IMG/VR virus record: IMGVR_UViG_3300049215_000771
Coordinates: 186,001-250,000 of that record
Reading direction: 5' to 3' (one strand)
Length of the DNA: 64,000 nt
The notes below the pieces were generated by a model that was not told where the DNA came from, ran no database searches, and worked only from the letters and a program-made list of their open reading frames with translations. The translations under genes were made by a program, and so were the position numbers. Every line of letters starts with the position of its first letter. Within the stretch, counting starts at the first letter, position 1. Shown one piece after another: positions 38,052-46,771 of this stretch.

Positions 38052-38145
38052 GCAATTTTCTTTGGGATTTTGCGAACCTTGAAGACTTGCCAGCGTCTTC
38101 TATGCGTAACGAGTCGAAACCATCAACCTGTAGGGAGAATCGAAC

Positions 38146-38403
38146 ATGGCGAAGTGTATCGTGACCGTGAACCCGAAGCGTGGTCGTCCGGCGATCTTCG
38201 TTGGCGTCCTGAAGACCAACATCGTCCGTCTGCTCCGGGCGCACGGCCTGGTGAAGACCCAGCGCATCCTGGCATCCGAGGGCGTCAGCGCCAAGGTCGG
38301 GGCGAAGAAGTCCCCGGTCAAGATCAGCCTGCCGACCCTGAGCAAGCTGGCGACCGAGGCCGGCATCGAGTTCAAGCGTGGTCGCCCGGCACTGGCGGCG
38401 TGA
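38146..38403 (+). CDS. basic DNA-binding protein with two AT-hooks
   Basis: KRGRP near both termini. Confidence 0.65.
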   Translation: MAKCIVTVNPKRGRPAIFVGVLKTNIVRLLRAHGLVKTQRILASEGVSAKVGAKKSPVKISLPTLSKLATEAGIEFKRGRPALAA

Positions 38404-38490
38404 GCCACTAAGGGCGAGGGGTAGCGGTGTGGAACGCAATGACCCCCTCGCCCCCAAACTTGCGAGCTATATCTTCATAGGGAGAATGCC

Positions 38491-38796
38491 GTGGCTGCCG
38501 CTTTGGACAAAGAAATCAGCTTCCACCTTGACCGGGCCGCAACGCTGGCCCGTGCTGAGGTCGAGCGCCTGGCCCGCAAGCTGCTCCGGGAACACCCCAA
38601 CCTTGAAGCCTTCATCATGGCGATGGGGTTGGCGACGTTCAGCGTCAAAGGCCAGGCCGACAGCCTGGCCCTGTACGAACGGAAGTATTTCAAGCCCCTG
38701 GAAGACTTCATTGTGAAGTGGGACAGCGCCCTGGGGCTGACGGGTGATCCCATGTGGATTGAAGGGCCGGACGGCGAGATCAAAACGGAGTGGTAG
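38491..38796 (+). CDS. hypothetical protein
   Basis: ORF with SD. Confidence 0.65.
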   Translation: MAAALDKEISFHLDRAATLARAEVERLARKLLREHPNLEAFIMAMGLATFSVKGQADSLALYERKYFKPLEDFIVKWDSALGLTGDPMWIEGPDGEIKTEW

Positions 38797-38848
38797 TTAG
38801 AGGTTTGTACCCTACAACCTGGGCAACGAACCATAGGGAGACAAGACC

Positions 38849-39091
38849 ATGAAGTTTCTGCCGACCATCACCCTGACCGATGCCGTGTATGCGGCTCTCC
38901 GCAACGGCCAGCTTCGCCTCCAGTGTGGGCAGTGGATTCGTATTCCTGGCGACCCGCCTGGCGTGACCAGCAAGCCCAGCCGCTTCGTCAAGGCGAGCCG
39001 GGTTCACCTGGACATCGTACACCCTGACGGGCCGTTCGCCACGGGCCGGGTGAGCAACGAGCGTTTCAAGACCAGGGCGAAAAATCGTTGA
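38849..39091 (+). CDS. hypothetical protein
   Basis: after motif A half; stop abuts motif B. Confidence 0.7.
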   Translation: MKFLPTITLTDAVYAALRNGQLRLQCGQWIRIPGDPPGVTSKPSRFVKASRVHLDIVHPDGPFATGRVSNERFKTRAKNR

Positions 39092-39160
39092 AAGTTTCCG
39101 AACCTCCGCTCGCCCCGGAGGTCTTCCTTGCGAGCAACGACAACCATAGGGAGACAAGTC

Positions 39161-39640
39161 ATGCTGCATGATTGTTCGCACGATGGGTGCAAGGTCGGCG
39201 GCTGCATCAAGCTGGAAGTCCTGGTCGCCCCCGACTACGAGAAAGACCCGCAACGCTTCAAGTGGTTCTGTGAAGCCCACGCCGAGGCGTTCGAGGCCGA
39301 CCTGGAGAAGCGCCACGACTACGCCAAACGGGTCGAGGTCATCCCGGTCGTGGGCATGGGAGCGACGGCGGGCTATGGCAGCGACCGTTACCCGTACACG
39401 GTCATCAAGGTCAGCACCAACGGCAAGACCATCACCGTGCAGGCCGACGACTACAAGCCGGCCCCTGGCCATCACTACATCAACAACCAGGTGTATACCT
39501 ATACTCCGAACCCGCAGGGCGAGACGAAGGTTTTCACCCTCCGGGACAACGGGCGCTGGGTGTTGAGGGGCGAGAGCAAGCAGGGCGGGCTGTGCCTGGG
39601 CCTGGGCGTTCGCCGCCACTACCATGACCCGTCGTTCTGA
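39161..39640 (+). CDS. conserved phage hypothetical protein
   Basis: VGMGAT..YGSDRYPYTVI ... G.R..Y.DPSF. Confidence 0.75.
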   Translation: MLHDCSHDGCKVGGCIKLEVLVAPDYEKDPQRFKWFCEAHAEAFEADLEKRHDYAKRVEVIPVVGMGATAGYGSDRYPYTVIKVSTNGKTITVQADDYKPAPGHHYINNQVYTYTPNPQGETKVFTLRDNGRWVLRGESKQGGLCLGLGVRRHYHDPSF

Positions 39641-39774
39641 CGTACACTAAGACTTGGGGGTGGGTGGATAGTTTGCAAAAGCCCTGGGCGCAAGTCCAGG
39701 GCGAACCCCCACTGCGTTAAGCCTTTGTACCCTCCAGGATGGGACGAAGGGCATCACAAAGGGAGGATGAGGAA

Positions 39775-40041
39775 ATGACGCTGAGACGGAAACTCTTCAA
39801 CGGCATTACGCTGTGGCTGGGGATGTACGCCATCACGGTGTTCATCTACTGGTTGAAGGTGGGCCACTTCTACGACGGCCTGCTGTTCGCCCTGATGACG
39901 GCGAGCGCCAAAACGGTCTGGAGCCTGGTCCACAAGGCCATCACCCACCGGGAGCCGAGCAAGGTCATCATCACCGAAGAAGCGCTGCCCACGTCGGCCC
40001 AGCTTGAGGCCGAGGTCTGTGATTGCAAAGAAGCTGCTTGA
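39775..40041 (+). CDS. small membrane protein (DUF2061-like topology)
   Basis: two TM segments. Confidence 0.5.
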   Translation: MTLRRKLFNGITLWLGMYAITVFIYWLKVGHFYDGLLFALMTASAKTVWSLVHKAITHREPSKVIITEEALPTSAQLEAEVCDCKEAA

Positions 40042-40045
40042 ACGA

Positions 40046-40130
40046 CGGCACGGCCAGGCCAAGAGGTAGGCCATTCCGACAACTGGTTGCCTACGCTAGT
40101 TGTCGAAATGCTCTTGGCCCGGCACGGCCA
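40046..40130. mobile_element. miniature inverted-repeat element flanked by 11-bp direct repeats
   Basis: CGGCACGGCCA direct repeats abut a 63-bp unit with 9-bp terminal inverted repeats GGCCAAGAG/CTCTTGGCC. Confidence 0.45.
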
Positions 40131-40265
40131 AAACTGGTCCTGCAAACAGGGTAAGTGGGGCGGCAGCGGGCCGTTCCCCACCAGTTTTTTGCGACTATAG
40201 CCCGGTACAAAGGTCAAGAGCTATATCTTTGACCTTTGTACCCTATGGGGCAAAGGAGGGCTGCG

Positions 40266-40562
40266 ATGGAAACTTTCGATAAGGCCGAATGGCGGCGACA
40301 AGGGGGCATGACCCCGCACGGTCGCTACGTTCCGACAACCAGCACAGGGCGCAAGGTTGTGGCGAAAGCACACCGGCCACCCCTGAAGGGTGAGGTTTAC
40401 CTGAAGCCTTCGGGTCGGCGTGGCATCTACCTGGTGTTGACTGCTCAGAACGACTTCGCCCGGCGTTCGTACACCATCGTTCGTGTGGTCAAGGGCGAGA
40501 GCGAGGCAAGGGCGCATTGGGAACAGGCCCGGCGTGACTACCTCCGAATTACTGGAAGATAA
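40266..40562 (+). CDS. hypothetical basic protein
   Basis: after motif A; stop abuts motif B. Confidence 0.65.
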   Translation: METFDKAEWRRQGGMTPHGRYVPTTSTGRKVVAKAHRPPLKGEVYLKPSGRRGIYLVLTAQNDFARRSYTIVRVVKGESEARAHWEQARRDYLRITGR

Positions 40563-40613
40563 TTCCGAACCTTGCACGCCCAGCGAGGTCTTCCTTGCGA
40601 GGAGGGCAGAACG

Positions 40614-40844
40614 ATGAAACAAATGGACCATGCGGCTTATCAACGCAAGTGCCGTGGTCTGCCAGAAGCGTCCCTTCGCTACATCTTGAAGGATGCGAAG
40701 GAAGCTATCGACGCCCAACCGTTCGGCGAGAACGCTGGTTACTACGCCGATGAAATCCACTACGCTGCAATGGAGTTGCGACGGCGAGGCCAGGAGGCCA
40801 GCGACCTTCCCCCACTTGTGAAGGACATAGGGATCAAATCATGA
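40614..40844 (+). CDS. conserved phage hypothetical protein
   Basis: L.YI..DA.EA ... G.Y.DE.HY...EL.RR. Confidence 0.7.
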   Translation: MKQMDHAAYQRKCRGLPEASLRYILKDAKEAIDAQPFGENAGYYADEIHYAAMELRRRGQEASDLPPLVKDIGIKS

Positions 40845-41344
40845 ACGTGGAACTTGTGAAGCGTCTGTTCGCCCACTTCGCCCCCGCCCCCGAAGTCAAG
40901 ATCGACAAGTACAGCGAGGATGGCTGTTGCCCTGCCATCATCATCGGCCCCTTCACCATCAGTCAGTCGCTTACCGTCGTCAAGGGGCTGAAGGGCGACC
41001 ACGAGGTTCCCAACTACAGCCTGGACGTTCACGTTGGCGACGGCGACATTATCGACCTGGCGACTGCCACGAACTTCGCCGACGTGGTTGTGGCTGCCGT
41101 CGAGAACTACGCCGGCTGGCTGGCACGGGCTGAACTGGACCGCATCGCTGACGACGCCTATGCCGCTGACCTGGAGAGCGAGCGTCTGGCCTTGCAAGCC
41201 GCCTTCAACGAGGGGCTGGAATACTACAGGACGACTGCCCCCGGCGAGCGTAGCAAGGACGCCAACCCCTACCCCCACGGCATCGAGCATTACTACAAGT
41301 GGGCGTCCGGCTACAGCCAGGGCGAGGCGGAAGCGGTGTTTTGA
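40841..41344 (+). CDS. hypothetical protein
   Basis: ATGA overlap. Confidence 0.7.
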   Translation: MNVELVKRLFAHFAPAPEVKIDKYSEDGCCPAIIIGPFTISQSLTVVKGLKGDHEVPNYSLDVHVGDGDIIDLATATNFADVVVAAVENYAGWLARAELDRIADDAYAADLESERLALQAAFNEGLEYYRTTAPGERSKDANPYPHGIEHYYKWASGYSQGEAEAVF

Positions 41345-41460
41345 CCTTTGTACCCTGTCGGTTGTCGAGGCCGGGCCGGACGAAAAAAGTTTCCGAACCT
41401 TCAACGTCCGGCCCGGTCTTCCTGGTGGGCAACGAACTCTTCAACGAAAGGCAGGTTGCG

Positions 41461-42117
41461 ATGAACACTTTCCGAGCCGGCAGCGACCAGTCCCAGCGTT
41501 TCATCAACGAGGGGCGGCGTCGTGAGAAGCAGATTGCGGACGCCTTGAAGAAACAGCACGGCCTGAACCTGGTCGAGCCGACTGACGCCGAAGACCGTTA
41601 CCAGAAGATCGACCGCTGGCTGGTCGAGGGCGACAAGCGGACGGCGGTTCAGATCAAGTACAGGGAGAGCGGCGACGACTTGCTGGTGGAAGTGTTCGAC
41701 CGTTGGCACGGTTGGGACCATCCCCGCAACAAAACGGGCCGGGACGTGGTTGGCGATAGCAAGCTGTACGCTGTGCTTCGCCTGGACCGGGAAACCGTCG
41801 TTCTCACCAGCGCCGCCATCCTCAAGGGGATTGTGCAGGAGATGGTGACGGCAGCGCAGGCGACGGGCTGGACCGTGGACCGTGGCACGCACAGCAAAGT
41901 CCTCCGCTACTTCAAGGCGGGTGGGTGCTGTGAGTTGAAGGTCCAGTCCGACCCCAACGACGGCAGGCCGAAGATGGTTGCATACATCCCGGCCAACGTC
42001 CTGATCTTCGAGCAGCAGGCCGAGGTCTACAAGGTCCGCCTGCCTGCCGACTGGTCAGGAGAGGGCAAGAAGAAGGAACGGCCACGCCGCACCGACCTTC
42101 GGGGCGGCACGAACTAG
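41461..42117 (+). CDS. PD-(D/E)XK nuclease-like protein
   Basis: G..RE ... D....ID ... VQIKYR. Confidence 0.6.
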   Translation: MNTFRAGSDQSQRFINEGRRREKQIADALKKQHGLNLVEPTDAEDRYQKIDRWLVEGDKRTAVQIKYRESGDDLLVEVFDRWHGWDHPRNKTGRDVVGDSKLYAVLRLDRETVVLTSAAILKGIVQEMVTAAQATGWTVDRGTHSKVLRYFKAGGCCELKVQSDPNDGRPKMVAYIPANVLIFEQQAEVYKVRLPADWSGEGKKKERPRRTDLRGGTN

Positions 42118-42239
42118 GCTAGTAGCAGGGACAACCAGGAGCAGCGACGGCTGACTCCTGGCCCCTGCGAACGCTGCGTTAGACCATTGTACCCTAGTTC
42201 GATGTGAGCTATATCTTCAACCTGGATATGGAGAAAGTC

Positions 42240-42887
42240 ATGGGTCGCAAACTGGTGGTGCGAATCGAACACGATTCCGACGTTGAAGTGCCGGACAGCG
42301 GGTATGACGGCTGGAAGCTGGTGTCCTTCGGACGCCGGCACAGCAACTACGAAGACCCCGACAACTACATCAAGGGCGTGAACGAGTTCCGGGAAATCAC
42401 CCCGGCCAACATCGGCCTTCGCCGCAAGCTGAACGTCGGCCTGGCCTTCTGGCTGTCCTACTACGAACACAGCCTTGGTTGCTGGTCCCTCAAGGGCGAA
42501 GGTCCGCAATGCCAGTGGGACACGGCGCAACTGGCCGGCATCCTGCTGTGGACCGGCAAGCCCGGCGACATTGGAGCGAAGACCCTGGAGGATCGGGCGA
42601 AAGATGCTCGCTGCTTCCTGGAGAGCTACAACGATTGGGCTAACGGCAACTGCTACTGGTACAGCGTCGAGAAAACGGACGGCACGGACGTTGAGAGCGT
42701 CGGCGGGTTCATCGGCGAAGAAGCTGTGAACGAGGCGCTGGCCGAAGTCCTTGAGGCCGGCGACGTTGTGACCGTCGAAGGTGACGCCGCCTGGACCTTC
42801 GACGCACCGGAAGGCGTCGAAGTGGTGGACGAACACGAGGAGGACGAGGAGGAGGAAGCGACGGTCAGCGACGGTGCAGGCATCTGA
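42240..42887 (+). CDS. acidic hypothetical protein
   Basis: GGAG SD; acidic tail. Confidence 0.7.
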   Translation: MGRKLVVRIEHDSDVEVPDSGYDGWKLVSFGRRHSNYEDPDNYIKGVNEFREITPANIGLRRKLNVGLAFWLSYYEHSLGCWSLKGEGPQCQWDTAQLAGILLWTGKPGDIGAKTLEDRAKDARCFLESYNDWANGNCYWYSVEKTDGTDVESVGGFIGEEAVNEALAEVLEAGDVVTVEGDAAWTFDAPEGVEVVDEHEEDEEEEATVSDGAGI

Positions 42888-43209
42888 CACGACAAGCCCC
42901 AGGCTGGCCCGGCCTGGGGCATTTTGGGAAATCCCCATCAGGTACAAACTTTCAAGTTGATGTTTTAGGCCATTGTACCCTAGCGGTTGGCCCGATGGCT
43001 GCCGGTGGCACGGTGGCATCGGACAACCTTCTGACGGCTCTAGGGGTAAGGGGCCGTATGGGGTTGCTGTGCTTGTGCGTTCGTCGCCACAACGACGCAT
43101 CGGCCTGCAATCTTTGCAACCATCCGTCAGAATTCTTGAAAGTTTCCGAACCTTGTTGGTTCGGCGCAGTCTTCCTTGCGGGTAGGACAGTCATACGGAG
43201 AATCGAGTC

Positions 43210-43575
43210 ATGTTGAAGCATCGTGTTGCGGTTATCATCCCCTCCACCGTCAAGGGCAACGAGCCGGCTCCTGCCGACCTGGTTGCCAAGTGGGTCAAGG
43301 CGGCGAAGATCAAGCTGGGAACCCTGTTCGGTGGCTTCACTGCCACGAAGGGCGAAGGCGGCTGGGTTTCCCCCGTCCACGGCTTGATTGAAGAGCCGGT
43401 CACTGTTGTCGCCGCCCACTGTGACGAAGAGGCTTTCAACCGTCACGCCCAGGACGTTCGTGAATTCGCCTTGACCGTCGCCGTGGCGCTGGAGCAGGAA
43501 GCCGTTTCCGTCCAGTTCGACAACACGCTGGAATTCGTCAGCGTGCCGCCCGCCGTCGCCGTCAACGTGGTCTGA
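43210..43575 (+). CDS. DUF3574/SAM-lyase-like protein
   Basis: FGG.T...G.GGW ... IEE...V ... EQEAV. Confidence 0.5.
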   Translation: MLKHRVAVIIPSTVKGNEPAPADLVAKWVKAAKIKLGTLFGGFTATKGEGGWVSPVHGLIEEPVTVVAAHCDEEAFNRHAQDVREFALTVAVALEQEAVSVQFDNTLEFVSVPPAVAVNVV

Positions 43576-43788
43576 TCGGAAGGCCAGGGTCGCCCACCCT
43601 GGCCTTTGTTGGTAATACCCTACAGGTACAAAGGCTGAAGCGTTGCTTTAGAGGTTTGTACCCTAGTGGTCGGGTGAAAACCCTCGCAACAACAATCCTG
43701 GGCGGCGAGCGCCGGCCCTTGTAAGTTTCCGAACCTTGTGGTCTTGTGAAGCGTCTTCCCTGCGAAGCATACGGAAAGGACAATAACC

Positions 43789-44532
43789 ATGCTGACCTAC
43801 ACGCAAGCCGTCGCCAAGCTGGGCAATCGGGAGCGTAAGAAGCTCGCCAGCAACACCTACCTGGAGCGCAACGGCGAGCATACCATCAACGTCGTGCTGC
43901 ACCGCACCGCCATCGTCCAGATTCACGACAACGGCACTTACACGCTCAACAGCGGGGGCTGGCGCACCGTCACGACGAAAGCCCGCATCAACGACTATAG
44001 CCCCGCCAGGCTACACCAGAGCAACAACATCTGGTATGTCGGCAATGCCATTTTCCATGATGGCATCGTCGTGGACGGCAACGGCACGCCGACTGTCGAA
44101 ACGGCCAACGTCGCCGAGACTGTGAAGGCCAAGCGAGCGCTGGATCGCAAGGTCAACGCCTACATCAAGGCTTTCGCTGCCGATGCCGTGGCGAATGGGG
44201 GCTTGACCGCTCCCAGCAATGGCGACTGCTGGGGCTGCCTGTTCAAGCGGGACAGCGCCAATGGCGAGCAGGGCCGGCTGTTCAGCAAGGGCGTGGACGT
44301 TCACGCCGACAACCCGATGGGATTCGACCATTTGCTACAGCACATGGAGGAGAATTACTTCGTGCCGTCCTTGCTCCACAAGGCGATTGTGGCGCACGGC
44401 TACGTCAACCCTGGCATCATCTGGGCGCATATCGACAGCGACATCAAGGCGGGTCGCACCGATAGCCTGATCCGAGAACTACGCTTCTACTTCACCCGCC
44501 TGAAGCCCGAACTGCTGAAGCTGGCTGCCTGA
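43789..44532 (+). CDS. conserved phage hypothetical protein
   Basis: LH.TAIV ... LNSGGW.T.TTK.RIN. Confidence 0.7.
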   Translation: MLTYTQAVAKLGNRERKKLASNTYLERNGEHTINVVLHRTAIVQIHDNGTYTLNSGGWRTVTTKARINDYSPARLHQSNNIWYVGNAIFHDGIVVDGNGTPTVETANVAETVKAKRALDRKVNAYIKAFAADAVANGGLTAPSNGDCWGCLFKRDSANGEQGRLFSKGVDVHADNPMGFDHLLQHMEENYFVPSLLHKAIVAHGYVNPGIIWAHIDSDIKAGRTDSLIRELRFYFTRLKPELLKLAA

Positions 44533-44601
44533 AATTTGTGAAGGGCGATCTTTAGGGCTTTGTACCCTAGAGGTCGCCCTACTTTCACCAACGAGGTCAA
44601 C

Positions 44602-44922
44602 ATGACGAATCAAGAAGTCCTGGAACTGGCAACCTTGCGTCAACGTGGTCAAGCCGACAGCGATGAAGTGGGCGTTGACATTCGCACGCATCATCCGACG
44701 CTAGGGCATCAGGGCGGGTATCTGACCGTCGATGAAGCCGGCGAGAGTGTCAGCTTCCACTATGACGATCTATGGTTCACTGGCACGGGTTGGGAGTCGG
44801 AAGATAATCTCGGCCTCTACAACGAAGACGGCGACCGCAATGAAGATGCCGAAGTGCCCGAAGTGAGCGCAGCCGAATTCTCCGCTTGGTTCACGGGCGC
44901 TGACTGGAAGCTGCTCAACTAG
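44602..44922 (+). CDS. acidic hypothetical protein
   Basis: GAGG SD after motif A half. Confidence 0.65.
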   Translation: MTNQEVLELATLRQRGQADSDEVGVDIRTHHPTLGHQGGYLTVDEAGESVSFHYDDLWFTGTGWESEDNLGLYNEDGDRNEDAEVPEVSAAEFSAWFTGADWKLLN

Positions 44923-45015
44923 CTGGACAGGCCAGGGCTGACCCGCCCTGGCCCTTGTTGGCGGACAGCACCAGGTACAAACTTTCAAGTTGTAGCTTTA
45001 GACCATTGTACCTTA

Positions 45016-45315
45016 GTGGTCGTCCGACAAACAACTCCCCCTGACGGGGGAAACGCCGAGAGTCAAGAGGGAGGGATCGAAAGTGCCCCCGCAAGGGGCC
45101 GACCCGGAATAAGCGTTGCGGAGTAACCGGATGCAGTCTGCCTGGTCCTAACGGATAATGAGTAGCTACCCCAGGCCAACGCAGTCTCGACGCAAGCGAC
45201 GAAGAAGGGCAATCCTGAAGCCTTGAACGGGCGACTAAGCCGAAAGGCAGTCAGTCACCGGCTTACAACACGGTGCGACGAAGGGAGCAGGCAGGCCGCT
45301 GCTCCCTTCGTTCTT
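45016..45315 (+). ncRNA. candidate ~300-nt structured ncRNA
   Basis: between two motif A copies, no ORF, several GNRA hairpins, terminal 13-bp hairpin. Confidence 0.6.
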
Positions 45316-45409
45316 CAACCCAAGGTCCGGTACAATCCTTCAAGTTGATGATTTAAGCCTTTGTACCCTAACGGCTGTCGCCCGACACCTTCACTCAGGA
45401 GCCTTGACC

Positions 45410-45736
45410 ATGCGTTGCGAAGACTTCCCCTGCTGCGGCCACGAACCCGGTTGCTGCCCGAACTTCGACGAGGCGGGCCGGCAGACCGACATGGTTTGCA
45501 CCTGTGGCGCTCGCCTCCCCATCACGTCTCGCTACTCCATCTGTGAGGCGTGCCTCCGGGCCGGCGACGAGGACTTCGACGAGCCGCCCTTCGACGACGA
45601 GGACTTCGACGACGAGCCGGACCCGTTCCACGGCGACGACGCCGCAGCGGACGCCGATGCCCTGGCCTCCGCTGGCTGGGGCACGGATGAGGACTACGGC
45701 GGATACGAGGACTTCGGCGACTATTGGGGCGATTGA
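45410..45736 (+). CDS. Cys-rich/acidic small protein
   Basis: RCEDFPCCG..CC; DADALASAGWGTDEDYG. Confidence 0.7.
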   Translation: MRCEDFPCCGHEPGCCPNFDEAGRQTDMVCTCGARLPITSRYSICEACLRAGDEDFDEPPFDDEDFDDEPDPFHGDDAAADADALASAGWGTDEDYGGYEDFGDYWGD

Positions 45737-45871
45737 TCGCCTGGCCAGGGCAGCCCAGCCCTGGCCTTTTTTGTTCGGTATAGGCCAGGTACAAACCTTC
45801 AAGTTGATGATTTAAGCCTTTGTACCCTAGTGGGCGGAAGGTCCGAATCTCTCAACCCTGCGAGGTGCGCT

Positions 45872-46660
45872 ATGCAGTTCACGAACTCCCGTACCGGCGA
45901 AGTCATCAACACCAACCTGGACCGTGCGGGCATCCTGGCCGCTTTCGGCGAAGTCGCTCAGGCCGATAGCTGGTTGTGGTATTGGCTGGTCAAGACCATC
46001 AACGATGCGGCCAGCGCCGCCGGCAACAAGGACATGATCGCTTTCCTGGCCGATTCCTTCGTGTTCGCCGTGGGCATGGGCTTGAAAGCCCCCATGATTC
46101 GCCTGGGCTTCCAGGAGCGCCGCTACAAGATTTACCTCTCCCGTCGTGGTACACTGTGCTTCAAGTCGGGCGCTGTCCGGCCTGGCACGTCCGATCCCAT
46201 CGGCGATGAGGAATACGTCGGCTGCCTGTATCAAGGGCGCTTCCTGCCCAACAAGGAGCGCCGCCCGCTGGCCGTGGAAAACGAATTCTTCGCTCGCCTG
46301 AGCGCCGACCCGGTTGGCTTCATGGCCGCTTGCTCGAAAGACATGAATCGCTGTTGCTACTGCAACCTCCCCCTGGAGGATGAGCGTAGCAAGGAAGTCG
46401 GCTACGGCAAGATTTGTGCAGAGCGCTGGGGCTTGCCCTGGGGCAAGGGCAGCGGCTCTCACGTCGTCAGCTTCGCCCAGCTTTGGGAACGGGCTGGCAC
46501 GACGGAAGCCCGCAACATCAGGGGCTTGTGCCAGGCCATTCGCCAGCAACCCCGCCAGGAAGAACTCTGGCTTATCCTGGGCGATGCCCTGGAGGAAGCG
46601 GGCTGGACCGGCAAGAAGCCGCAAGCCCCGCAGGGCAGCGTAGTCGTGCCCGCCCTGTAA
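45872..46660 (+). CDS. DUF6011-like zinc-binding protein with C-terminal TIGR02996-like domain
   Basis: CCYC..PL.D.RS...GYG.ICA..WGLPWG; L..AIR..P..E..WL.L.D.LEE.G. Confidence 0.65.
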   Translation: MQFTNSRTGEVINTNLDRAGILAAFGEVAQADSWLWYWLVKTINDAASAAGNKDMIAFLADSFVFAVGMGLKAPMIRLGFQERRYKIYLSRRGTLCFKSGAVRPGTSDPIGDEEYVGCLYQGRFLPNKERRPLAVENEFFARLSADPVGFMAACSKDMNRCCYCNLPLEDERSKEVGYGKICAERWGLPWGKGSGSHVVSFAQLWERAGTTEARNIRGLCQAIRQQPRQEELWLILGDALEEAGWTGKKPQAPQGSVVVPAL

Positions 46661-46771
46661 CGCTGAAGGGGGCTGACTTCATGTCAGCCCCCTTTTCTTC
46701 AACCTGTTGCTTTAGGCATTTGTACCTTAGTGGTTGTCGCCCGACACACTCAACACTGCGAGGTCAGAATC

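Larger units (their letters stand above)
27519..43760 (+). promoter_or_regulatory. motif B family: CCGAACCT-N15/16-GTCTTCC(T/A)TGCG, ECF-sigma-like promoter with hairpin, 18 copies in the module
   Basis: GAACCT at 27521, 29153, 29599, 30184, 30724, 32631, 33389, 34388, 35267, 35592, 36369, 36657, 38074, 39100, 40567, 41395, 43148, 43731. Confidence 0.85.

Noticed and set aside
27519-43760. Motif B as integron attC sites
   Set aside because: There are no RYYYAAC/GTTRRRY R boxes or long imperfect attC hairpin, and no tyrosine integrase in the window. Fixed-spacing boxes fit a promoter better.
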